From contig JBGAQA010000018.1 in assembly GCA_044220955.1 (NCBI GenBank), positions 53,391 through 92,078 of the forward strand: a stretch of 38,688 nucleotides of DNA, written 5' to 3'. This stretch comes from Sandaracinaceae bacterium. Lineage in GTDB: Bacteria; Myxococcota_A; Polyangia; Polyangiales; Sandaracinaceae. The position numbers and the translations under genes were made by a program. Of this stretch, positions 28,177 to 37,084 are shown piece after piece (position 1 is the first letter of the stretch; each line of letters begins with the position of its first letter). Below the pieces are notes generated by a model that saw only the letters and a list, made by a program, of their open reading frames with translations, was not told where the DNA came from and ran no database searches.

Positions 28177-29730
28177 TCAGGGGCACATCATCGTGGTCGC
28201 GCTGCAGCTGCCGGTCGCGCAGCGGTAGTTCGACATCGCCGGATCGCACGCGGTCCCGCTGGCGAGCACGGGGACGAGCGTCGCCTGCAGGTGGTACGCG
28301 GTGCTGGCGCCGCCCGCGCCGTAGCCCTCGACGAACACGTAGTAGTCGCCCGGCGCGATGTCGCGGACGGTGAACGCGCTGCGCGTGTTCGACGGGTAGT
28401 TGATGTCGTCGCTGCACGCCATCGGGACCTCGGTCGAGCCGTCGGCGCACACCGTCCGCAGGTAGAGCACGGTGTCGGCCGTCGCGCCGCCGACGTCCGT
28501 CGTGAGCGCGAGATCGTAGGTGCCGGCCGGGACGACGAGGTGGACGATCGCCTCCTTGCCGGTCGTCTGAGCGCAGCTGCCCTCGAAGACGCCCGTGCCC
28601 GAGCCGATGCTGCCCCCCGTCATCGCGCTCGTCGAGCCGGTGGTGGGCGTCGCGATCGCGAGGTCCATCGCCGCGCCGCACGCGGCGGTCGCCGCCGCCG
28701 ACGCGGCGCAGTGACCGGCGCTGCAGCTCAGGCCCGGCGCGCAGATGTGGGTCAGGTCGCAGACGCCGCCCAGCCCGACGGGCGGCGCGTCCGTCACGGG
28801 GAGCCGCATCTCCGCCGAGGACAGGAACCCGCCGTCGAGCACGGTGATGCCGAACTGGGTGCAGCCTGCTCTGCGGCAGTAGGCGGCGAAGGTGTACTCG
28901 TTCATCCCGTCGATGAACGAGTGCCCCACGTACGTCGGCGGCGTGCGGTCCACCGACTCGAAGCCGAGGAAGATGCTGTCGTTGGCGTCGCCCGCCCCGT
29001 CCCCGTTGAGGTCCACCACCTGCGCCCCGATGAACACGCGCAGGGCGTACCCGAGCGGCGCGCTCTCCGCGTCGGTGATGTCGACGGTCACGATCGTGTT
29101 GACGTCCGCGAGCACCACGGCGCCTCCGGTGACCACGGGCGCGGTGTTCGGCGCCACGGCGAAGTCGACGTGCACCGTCCCGCGATCGACCGCCATCTGC
29201 GTCGCCGGCGGATCGCTGTAGCCCGTCACCACGAAGTAGACGGTGGAGCCGCCCATCACCGTGACGCCGCCGCTGCTCGCGAGGTTGGTCGCGCTGACGT
29301 CGTCGAAGCACGTGAAGTCCGCGGTCGGGATCTCGCGACAGCTCCCGGTCCGGACCTGGATCAGGGTGTTGAAGTTCAGCGCCGTCATCGAGTTCGCCGT
29401 CGAGAACGAGATCGCCTGCATGCCCGTGCCGGGGACGTGGAACGCCACGACCTCCTGGGGCGCCCAGCGGATGTCCGCCGACGGGTTGCCGCAGCCGAGC
29501 CCGAGATCGCGCGGGCGCGTCTCGGTCAACGCTGTGTCGAAGTCGATGCCGACCGTCCCGTTCGGGACTCCATCGAGCACGTGGAGGTGGTCCATGTCGC
29601 ACGAGTCGGGGCCGGGCGGCGCGTCGGGCCGGGCCCACGCGTCCGCGCCGCCATCGACGGGAGCGGCCGTGGGAGCTCCGCAGCCAGCGACGGACAGGAT
29701 CGTGAGGACGAGCGTGATGCGGAGCGCCAT
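28177..29730 (-). CDS. Secreted lipoprotein with two PPC-like beta-sandwich domains and Cys-rich linkers
   Basis: LSVAGC lipobox; FNTLIQVRTGSC..CFDD..VYFVVTGY and DTVLYLRTVC..CSDD..PGDYYVFVEGY. Confidence 0.8.
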   Translation of the reverse strand: MALRITLVLTILSVAGCGAPTAAPVDGGADAWARPDAPPGPDSCDMDHLHVLDGVPNGTVGIDFDTALTETRPRDLGLGCGNPSADIRWAPQEVVAFHVPGTGMQAISFSTANSMTALNFNTLIQVRTGSCREIPTADFTCFDDVSATNLASSGGVTVMGGSTVYFVVTGYSDPPATQMAVDRGTVHVDFAVAPNTAPVVTGGAVVLADVNTIVTVDITDAESAPLGYALRVFIGAQVVDLNGDGAGDANDSIFLGFESVDRTPPTYVGHSFIDGMNEYTFAAYCRRAGCTQFGITVLDGGFLSSAEMRLPVTDAPPVGLGGVCDLTHICAPGLSCSAGHCAASAAATAACGAAMDLAIATPTTGSTSAMTGGSIGSGTGVFEGSCAQTTGKEAIVHLVVPAGTYDLALTTDVGGATADTVLYLRTVCADGSTEVPMACSDDINYPSNTRSAFTVRDIAPGDYYVFVEGYGAGGASTAYHLQATLVPVLASGTACDPAMSNYRCATGSCSATTMMCP

Positions 29731-29820
29731 GGACAGCCTCGGGGAGGGCAAGGGAAGGGGCTCGCTTAGCAGACCGCTCCCCGGAAATCACCCGCTCCTC
29801 GCACGAAAACGCCGGGCGCG

Positions 29821-29826
29821 TTGACA
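29821..29826 (+). promoter_or_regulatory. Candidate sigma70 -35 box (TTGACA)
   Basis: Perfect TTGACA in the divergent intergenic region upstream of ATG 29859; the -10 match (CAATGT) is weak. Confidence 0.35.
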
Positions 29827-29858
29827 CCCGCCGATTGCGCATCAATGTTCGGCCCTTC

Positions 29859-30803
29859 ATGCCCGGCCGCGCGCTCGCCACCTCTCTTCTCCTCTTCTCT
29901 TGCACGTGCGCGCTCGCGAGCGCCTGCGACGCCGGTCCGATCTCGACCGTCGACGCGGCCATGGTCGACGCGCCGCCGCTCCCGCTGAGCCGTCTGCTCG
30001 GCCGCTGCGAGTCCGACGCGCAGTGCCCCGGCAACGGATCGTTCTGCCGGACCGCAGCCGAAGACGGCTATCCCGGGGGGCAGTGCACGGCGCCCTGCAC
30101 GGACCGCACCGAGTGCGACACGGGGATGTTCTACGGCTTCTGCGCGACGCTCACGGGGGACACTCAGAGCACGTGCATCACGTACTGCCGCAACGGCAGC
30201 GACTGCCGTCCCGGCTACTCCTGCCAGGTGGTGACGACGCTCTCGACCGGGGCCTCGGCCGGGTACTGCTTCCCCGTCTGCGGGACGGACGCGGAGTGCG
30301 GCGGCGGAGCGCAGTGCGACCCCTACACCGGCCGCTGCGTTCCGCAGGGCATGGTCCCGACGACGGGCGGCGACACGGGGGACCCGTGCACGACCGACGC
30401 GGCGTGCCGCGGCAACAACTGCGTCAACGACAGCGGCACCAACGGCTATCTCGACGGCTACTGCATCTCGCTCTGCCGGATCCCGAGCGGCTACAACTCG
30501 TCCGACTTCTACAGCGGCGACACGCTTCCGTCGGGCACGTGCGGCGGGTCGAACTCGGTGTGCATCCCGTACGGCTCGCAGTACGGCGAGAACGACCTCG
30601 GCATCTGCCTCGAGGCTTGCTCGAGCGCCGCGGACTGCCGGCCGGGGTTCGAGTGCACGCAGACGGTCAGTGGGCGCACGTTCACCAACGGCTGGTGCGA
30701 CCCGATCGACTGTGTGGCGTCGGGAGCGGGCAGCTGCCCGGCCGGGACCACGTGCCACACGGGCACCGACTCGCAGGGAAATCGCATCGGCCGCTGCGGC
30801 TGA
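29859..30803 (+). CDS. Cys-rich secreted protein/lipoprotein
   Basis: Signal ending LASAC; repeats such as CESDAQC, GYPGGQCTAPC and DCRPGYSC. Confidence 0.82.
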   Translation: MPGRALATSLLLFSCTCALASACDAGPISTVDAAMVDAPPLPLSRLLGRCESDAQCPGNGSFCRTAAEDGYPGGQCTAPCTDRTECDTGMFYGFCATLTGDTQSTCITYCRNGSDCRPGYSCQVVTTLSTGASAGYCFPVCGTDAECGGGAQCDPYTGRCVPQGMVPTTGGDTGDPCTTDAACRGNNCVNDSGTNGYLDGYCISLCRIPSGYNSSDFYSGDTLPSGTCGGSNSVCIPYGSQYGENDLGICLEACSSAADCRPGFECTQTVSGRTFTNGWCDPIDCVASGAGSCPAGTTCHTGTDSQGNRIGRCG

Positions 30804-30848
30804 CCTTGCGGTCCTGCGGTGCGACATTCAGAGTAGTTCCCTCTCGCG

Positions 30849-31517
30849 ATGGAGAAGCAGATGAGCGCACGTAGCTTGAGCTGGTTGGCAAGTCTGGGTC
30901 TGCTCGCGGCGTGCAACGGCGGCGGTACCGCGATGATGGGCAACGACGCGGGGATCGTGATCCCACCGGACACGGGCGCCGCGTGCGCGAACCACATCCC
31001 GAATCCGCCGACCGATCCCGACTTCGGCACCCTCCGGGGCAGCTCGTTCCAGGGCTTCACGCTCAACCGCTGCGACGGAACGCCGTTCGACTTCTACGGG
31101 GAGAGCTACTGCTCGCCGGAGCACACGTTCACCGTGATCAGCATCGCCGCCGGCTGGTGCCACCCCTGCCAGGTCGAGAGCGACCTGCTGACGTCGAACG
31201 TGGTCAACGTGTACGGGCCGCTCGGCGTGCGCGTGGTGCAGATCCTCGTGCAGGACGAGAACGGCAACCCGCCGGACGCCGCCTTCTGCGACTTCTGGAC
31301 GACCGCGCACGGCCTGACCGTCGCTCCGAACGCCGCGGGCGTCGGCAACTACGAGCTGCTCGACCCGGCCCAGATCACCAACCGCTTCTTCCCCGACAAC
31401 GCGCTTCCGTCCACGATCATCATCGACTCGGACGGAGTGATCCGGTTCTGGGAGGACGGCGCCTCGGAGAGCCTCGCGTCGATGACCGCCGAGCTGGATC
31501 GCCTGCTCGGGCGCTGA
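30849..31517 (+). CDS. TlpA/redoxin-family thioredoxin-fold lipoprotein
   Basis: LLAAC lipobox; AAGWCHPC active site; ALPSTIIIDSDGVIRF (cis-Pro strand). Alternative start 30861. Confidence 0.87.
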   Translation: MEKQMSARSLSWLASLGLLAACNGGGTAMMGNDAGIVIPPDTGAACANHIPNPPTDPDFGTLRGSSFQGFTLNRCDGTPFDFYGESYCSPEHTFTVISIAAGWCHPCQVESDLLTSNVVNVYGPLGVRVVQILVQDENGNPPDAAFCDFWTTAHGLTVAPNAAGVGNYELLDPAQITNRFFPDNALPSTIIIDSDGVIRFWEDGASESLASMTAELDRLLGR

Positions 31518-31620
31518 CCTGCCCGCCCGCTCGAGCGGCTCGCGGGACCGCGCAGCCTGGCGACGTCGTTGCCGGTGCTGCGCGGTCGAGTGAAGGCGTG
31601 GGTCGGGGGATCCGCCGGTC

Positions 31621-33237
31621 TCAGCGGCGCGCGCGCCGCTGGCGCCGCGCGATGAGCGCGAGCACCCCGAGACCCACGAGCAGCCGCCACGCCGTGCCCG
31701 CCGCGCGCTCGTGCATCGAGCACGCGCACGCGCCGCCCGACGCTCCGCCCGTGATGGGCCCACCATCGAGCGTGCTCGACGCGTCGGAGCCCGCGTCACG
31801 GCCCGCGTCGGAGCCGGCGTCCACGGCGACGTTGCCGCCGTCGCTTCCCGCATCGCTCCCCGCGTCGCGGCCGGCGTCGGGCGTCGTGGAGGCGTCGACC
31901 CCGGCGTCGGGCCGGACGCCCGGATTGCAGGCGTGCGCGAGGGGGTTGCACACGTCGGTCGCGGAGCAGTCCTCGTCCACCACGCAGCCCACGCAGAGCG
32001 GGAAGGGGGCGCTCGTGTCGCAGATGGGCCCGCCCGACGTGCAGTTGAAGTCCGTCATTCCCGGCCCGGCGGTGTCGTAGCAGCCCGTGCAGTGAAAGCC
32101 CGCGGGGTGGCACATGCCGAGGTTGCACTCACCGTCGGACCCGCAGGGCTCGCCGGGCCCGAGCAGGCACGTGTTCGAGCACGCGTCGTGGTCGATCGCG
32201 TTGTTGTCGTCGCAGACCTCGTTGCCTTCGAGCGTGCCGTTTCCGCAGTTCTGGCAGACGCTCCGAGCGAGCGTTCCGACGTACCTGCAGAGCCACCCGG
32301 GCTCCATCGTGCAGGTCGCGCTGCAGCCATCGCCGGCGATGACGTTCCGGTCGTCGCAGATCTCGGGGCTCGCGACGATTCCGTCGCCGCACGAGGCCGC
32401 CACGCAGGTCGTTCCCGACGCGCCGCAGTCGTAGCCGGGCTCGACGACGCAGAACGCGCTGCAGCCGTCGCCCGAGTCGTTGTTTCCGTCGTCGCACGCC
32501 TCCGAGCCCGCGCGCGTGCCGTTGCCGCACGTGTCGAGCGTGCAGATGCTCGCGGGGATCGCGATGCGATCGATCATCGGACCGTTGAAGCTGGCCGCGC
32601 TGCCCTCGAAGACGAGGGTCGTCGTCGTGGAGAGCGCGTCGAACTCGTACGTGTAGAGCCGCCAGTCGGAGACGACGGCGGCGCGCACGAGCGTGAGGAC
32701 GCGCGCCTGCACGGCCGTCCGGTGGTCGCTCCCGTCGGCGACCCGGATCGTCAGGTTCTTCATGGTGGCGTCCGTGCACGTCCCTGCCGCGCCATCGGCC
32801 GGGTTCGCGCTGCCGAGGAAGGTCATCACGTAGTGCTGACCCGCCACCGTCGTCAGCGTCTGGTACATCGTTCCCTGACGGTCCGAGCCGTTCATGTCGA
32901 TCGAGTGCGATCCGTCGCCGGCGGGCCAGCAGACGCCCGTCACCCAGTCGACGTCGGCGACGCTCAGGCGCGTCCATCCGCCGCCGGTCAGCCCTCCGCC
33001 GCTCGGGAACGGATCCATCTCGAACGAGGGGTTGACGACGTCGACCCGTGGCTGCGTGGCGCAGCTGAACCCGGTCTCGATCGTGCACGTGGCCGAGCAG
33101 CCGTCCCCGTCCACGGTGTTGCCGTCGTCGCAGCCTTCGGTCGCCGTCTCGAGGATTCCGTCGCCGCACGCCGCCGCTGCGGGCAGCGGCACGGCGAGCA
33201 GAGCCAGAGCGAGCGTGAGTGATCCGAGCTTTCGCAT
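31621..33237 (-). CDS. Cell-surface protein: myxobacterial Cys repeats (DUF4215-like) + DUF642/choice-of-anchor-C-like domain + MYXO-CTERM (TraA-like architecture)
   Basis: GAGGA RBS, ATG 33237 and signal peptide; CGDG..E.CDDGN..GDGCS.TC repeats; VVNPSFE..VDW..GSHSIDMNG..YQTLTT..GPMID; C-terminal GGACACS-TM-RRQRRARR. Confidence 0.85.
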   Translation of the reverse strand: MRKLGSLTLALALLAVPLPAAAACGDGILETATEGCDDGNTVDGDGCSATCTIETGFSCATQPRVDVVNPSFEMDPFPSGGGLTGGGWTRLSVADVDWVTGVCWPAGDGSHSIDMNGSDRQGTMYQTLTTVAGQHYVMTFLGSANPADGAAGTCTDATMKNLTIRVADGSDHRTAVQARVLTLVRAAVVSDWRLYTYEFDALSTTTTLVFEGSAASFNGPMIDRIAIPASICTLDTCGNGTRAGSEACDDGNNDSGDGCSAFCVVEPGYDCGASGTTCVAASCGDGIVASPEICDDRNVIAGDGCSATCTMEPGWLCRYVGTLARSVCQNCGNGTLEGNEVCDDNNAIDHDACSNTCLLGPGEPCGSDGECNLGMCHPAGFHCTGCYDTAGPGMTDFNCTSGGPICDTSAPFPLCVGCVVDEDCSATDVCNPLAHACNPGVRPDAGVDASTTPDAGRDAGSDAGSDGGNVAVDAGSDAGRDAGSDASSTLDGGPITGGASGGACACSMHERAAGTAWRLLVGLGVLALIARRQRRARR

Positions 33238-33266
33238 GTGTGTCCTCGCAAGCATGAGTAAGTCGC

Positions 33267-35114
33267 TCAACGATCGATCGTGTCGGCGGTCGGGCCGCTC
33301 GTCGTGGTCTGGACCGCTTCGGTGCTCGGGGCGGCGCTGGGTGCCGTGTCGGACACGATGCTGAACACGACGCGGCGGTTCTGGGCGTGCTCGGCGGGTG
33401 TGCGCGCATGCTCGACGACCGGCCGATCCGGGCCGTAGCCGATCGCGTCGAGGCGCGCGGCGTCGATGTGACCGTGCTCGACCAGGTAGCGGACGACCGA
33501 CTGCGCGCGGCGCTGCGAGAGGTCGATGTTGTGCTCGTGTCTTCCGCGGCTGTCCGTGTGGCCTTCCACGCGGATGTGCTGGATCTCCGGGTGCTGCGAG
33601 AGCACGGAGGCGACGTTGTCGAGCAGCGGGAAGCTGCGCGGCAGGATCACGTCGCTGTCGGTGCGGAAGTAGACCGCCTCGAGGATCGCGATCTGCGAGT
33701 CCTCGATGTGCACCGTCTGGTGCTGCTCCTCGGGGCAGCCGAAGTTCGCGGGCAGGCCCGGCACGTCGGGGCAGTTGTCGCGGCGGTCGATCACGGTGTC
33801 GATGTCGCGGTCGTGGTCGGGGCAGCCGCGGTTCTCGACGGGCCCGACCTCCATCGGGCAGCCGTCCGCCACGTCGAGCACCCCGTCACCGTCGTTGTCC
33901 GGATCGGGGCAGCCGTTCGTGTCCTCGAACTGATCGACGTCCTCGGGCTGCGTCGGACACTCGTCGACGTCGTCGCGGAGGCCGTCGCCGTCGGTGTCGG
34001 GGATCTCGTCGGGGCAGCCGTCCGAGTCCTGGTAGTCGTTCATGTTCTCGGGGACGTTCGGGCACTGGTCGTTCACGTCCAGGATGCCGTCCCCGTCGTT
34101 GTCGGGGTCACCGCAGCCGTCGTCGTCCTGCCACCCATCGACGTCCTCCGGGTTGTCCGCGCACGGGTCGGGCGGAGGTGGCGCCGGCAGTGTCTCGGGC
34201 GTCGCCCAGCCGATCGTCAGGATCGCGCGCACGTCGGGGCTCCCGAAGCCGCGGGTGATGCCGGGCCCGGCCACGGCGCCGATCACGAGCCCGCTCGCGT
34301 GCACGAGGCGCAGGCCGCCGGTCGCCTCGCTCGTGGAGCTGGCGCGGCCGAAGAAGTCGCGGAACGCGGTGCCCGCCTGGAGCTGCGCCACCAGATCGAG
34401 GTGGGTGCGCGGATCGGAGTCGGTCCAGAGCGGCGCCGAGAGGCCGGCCGCGAGCCGGAGCTCGTGGCTGAAGAAGACGTTGTTCGTGCTCTGGAAGTCC
34501 TCTTGCCGGACGACCGCGCCGGCGTTGAGCGTGATGTGCACACCCGCTCCCGGACGGATCTCGCCGGTCAGCGTCGGGCGGAACGCGACGGTGCTCTCCC
34601 CGCGGTAGTTGCCGTCGATGCTCGTGGGCAACGTCAACGTCGCCTGCAGGCCGAGCGCGAACGCGTCGCTCGCCTCGCCGAACAGGCGCACCCTCGCGCC
34701 GAGATAGGCGTCGCTCAGCCCGGTTCCGTCGGACGGCACACCGCCGACGCCGCGCACGACGCCGCCGTCCGTCCCGCTCATCAGGAACGTGACGGGCAGC
34801 CCGGCGTACACGATCAGCCGGTCGAAGAGGCCGAGCGAGAGGCCCAGCGTCCCGACGAGCTGGTGCTCCACGATCGAGAAGCGCTCCGAGCGCCCGTCCC
34901 CGAGCCGGTTCTCCCAGACCAGCGGGTTCAGCGCGTAGTCGAGCTGCAGCTGCGCGCCGAAGCGGAGGTGGCCCATGTCGTTCGGCCGGCTGAGCGCGAA
35001 GTCGTCGATGGGGGTGGGCGACGGCTGGTACTGGTCGAGCGTCGCGCGCTGGGCCGCCACGGCAGCCGGAAACGCGAGCACCAGGGCACAAGCGAACACG
35101 AAGCGATGCGACAT
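33267..35114 (-). CDS. OmpA-family outer-membrane protein: beta-barrel + thrombospondin type-3 repeats + OmpA_C (TraB-like)
   Basis: ATG 35114 and signal peptide; barrel strands; DxDGDG..DxxDxCP repeats; VYFRTDS, VEGHTDSRG, LSQRRAQSV, GYG, NRRVVF. Confidence 0.92.
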   Translation of the reverse strand: MSHRFVFACALVLAFPAAVAAQRATLDQYQPSPTPIDDFALSRPNDMGHLRFGAQLQLDYALNPLVWENRLGDGRSERFSIVEHQLVGTLGLSLGLFDRLIVYAGLPVTFLMSGTDGGVVRGVGGVPSDGTGLSDAYLGARVRLFGEASDAFALGLQATLTLPTSIDGNYRGESTVAFRPTLTGEIRPGAGVHITLNAGAVVRQEDFQSTNNVFFSHELRLAAGLSAPLWTDSDPRTHLDLVAQLQAGTAFRDFFGRASSTSEATGGLRLVHASGLVIGAVAGPGITRGFGSPDVRAILTIGWATPETLPAPPPPDPCADNPEDVDGWQDDDGCGDPDNDGDGILDVNDQCPNVPENMNDYQDSDGCPDEIPDTDGDGLRDDVDECPTQPEDVDQFEDTNGCPDPDNDGDGVLDVADGCPMEVGPVENRGCPDHDRDIDTVIDRRDNCPDVPGLPANFGCPEEQHQTVHIEDSQIAILEAVYFRTDSDVILPRSFPLLDNVASVLSQHPEIQHIRVEGHTDSRGRHEHNIDLSQRRAQSVVRYLVEHGHIDAARLDAIGYGPDRPVVEHARTPAEHAQNRRVVFSIVSDTAPSAAPSTEAVQTTTSGPTADTIDR

Positions 35115-35329
35115 GTCGACACCCTCTCGGAGTGGGTGAGCGAAGGGCGATCCCGCGCAGCCCCTCGGACGGCGGCCCCTCCTCATGACTGTATGGGGTA
35201 CTACGACATGGGTCTCGATCGCCAGCGCATACGACTCCGATCGGCGCAAGCAGCGAGGTGCGTGGGCGAGCTGTACTCGAGCCGGTGCGCCGCCGCGCTT
35301 GACCCGCGGAGCGCGCGCGCGCAGCGTCG

Positions 35330-36577
35330 GTGCGCGGCTGTACGCATCGCGATCGTACTGGCCGTGGTCGCGGTGGGCTGCGACGCCGCGCACGAGACCG
35401 ACGCGGCGCTCGACGCGAGCGGGGTCGATGCGGCCGGGACCGACGCCGCACCGGGCGCGCCGCACCGAGCGACGCCGCACCGAGCGACGCCGCACCGAGG
35501 GATGCCGCACCGCGCGACGCTCCAACACCGCGCCGAGCCTCGACGCAGCGCGCTCCGACACGGGGCCTCGCCGCGACGCGGGTCTCGCGGGCTGCGCCGG
35601 CCCTACGGGCACGCGCGCGATCTGCGTGACGCTCGGCGGCGCGTTGCCGCATCGACGAGAGCGGCCAGCTCTGGTGCTGGGGCGACGACGCGTGGGGCCA
35701 CGTTCGACCCGATGCTCCCACGTGGGTCGAGCCACACGAGGTGGCGTACGAGGGTCTCTCGGACGCCGTGGCTCTCGCCGACAGCGGGACGCACCGCTGC
35801 GTGGTGCACCGCGACGGCGGCGTGTCGTGCTGGGGCGACAACCACCACGGGCAGTCCAGCACGTCGAGCGAGTTGGTGCTCACACATCCCACGCGGGTGG
35901 CCGGGATCCACGGCGCCGATCGGATCGCGGTCGCGTCGGGCTTCAGCCGCGCGGGCACGGTCGCCGCGGGCTGGACCTGCTGGGGCGAGAACACGTACTT
36001 CACGCTGGCGTTCGGTCCGGGCGCTACGGCGCCGCGCACGCCGTTCGACGTGCCGGGGCTCGCGGGCGCCGACATGGTGGCGATCGGGCAGGCCAACGCC
36101 GCCGCGCTCTTCGGTGACGGCCACGTCGAGGCAATCAGCATCCCCGACTCGCGCGTCGCGCACCCGTACACGCTCGCCGGCATCGACGACGCGATCGACG
36201 TGACCGCGTTCTCCACATACGTGTGCGTGGTGCGCGCGAGCGGCCACGTGTGGTGCGCGGGCGAGCCGATGGTCGCCGTCGATCCACCTCCGTACGAGGT
36301 GCCCGGCATCGCCGACGCGCGCGCCTTCGCCGACGGCGACCCCACGTTCTACGAGGCGTGCGCGGTGACGTCGGGCGGCGCCATCCAGTGCTGGACCCTC
36401 GCACGGTCGCCCGCGCCCTGGCTCGTGCCGACCACCGTCGGCGTCGGCATCGCCTCGTTCAGCGGACACATGTGCGCCGCCACGTGCGCGGGCGGGGTCG
36501 TGTGCAACGGGCCTGGCTGGCGCGGCGAGAACGGTGACGACACGAATCGCGTCCCGCCGACCGAGATCTCGCTCCAG
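35330..36577 (+). pseudogene. RCC1/BLIP-II repeat lipoprotein gene interrupted by several frameshifts (pseudogene or sequence error)
   Basis: The lipobox VAVGC, the DAAPS linker, ICVTLGG and CRIDESGQLWCWG lie in successive different frames. RCC1 repeats run 35645-~36570. Both ends are approximate. Confidence 0.6.
35442..35520. repeat. 15-bp tandem repeat (gacgccgcaccgagc, about 5 degenerate copies) encoding DAAPS/DAAPR
   Basis: Read directly from the sequence; the second copy lacks one A. Confidence 0.85.
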
Positions 36578-36775
36578 CGGCGCCCGCCGACAAGATGCCG
36601 CTCAGGAACGCGGGAAGCGAGGAACGGATCCTGCGCTTCGTCGCGGCTTCCGGCGCCTCTGCCCGCGAGGCGAGCAGCGTCAGGGGTCGGCGTGATGCGG
36701 CGTCGGCACCTCGAGCGCTCGACGACATCGCCGCGCACCGGGGCGCGCGCGCTATCGTCGGCCGCGGAGGTCACG

Positions 36776-37069
36776 ATGGAACAGTGGAAGCTCGGCGCGG
36801 TGGTCGGTGTGATGACGCTCGGCGGCGTCGTGGTGGGCGCGCAGTGCTTCGGCTCGCGGCCGGTGAGCGCACAGGCCAGCGGCTACCGCGAGTGCTTCTT
36901 CGGACGCCAGGAGTCGGTGGACATCAACAACGAGGCCGTGGTCGAGCACCCGAATCGTGACCGTATGATCATCGTGCCCGCGGGCTTCGAGGTGGTCGGC
37001 GGCGGCGGCGCCTCGACGATGTCGAACGGCAACGCGAACGACGCGACGATCCTCTTCTGTCGTCGATGA
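36776..37069 (+). CDS. Small secreted hypothetical protein (97 aa)
   Basis: TATCGT at 36753, GGAGG at 36766 and ATG 36776; signal peptide ending VSA-Q; Cys pair (YRECFF ... ILFCRR). Confidence 0.75.
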   Translation: MEQWKLGAVVGVMTLGGVVVGAQCFGSRPVSAQASGYRECFFGRQESVDINNEAVVEHPNRDRMIIVPAGFEVVGGGGASTMSNGNANDATILFCRR

Positions 37070-37084
37070 GGGTCTCGCGCTCGC

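Noticed and set aside
36614..36639. Hairpin GAAGCG-AGGA...TCCT-G-CGCTTC as terminator or ncRNA
   Set aside because: No U-tract and no second copy noticed; such stems arise easily in GC-rich DNA.
35741..37069. RCC1 protein fused to a C-terminal secreted domain
   Set aside because: The segment from 36776 has its own -10 box, GGAGG, ATG and signal peptide, and the joining region reads as non-coding.
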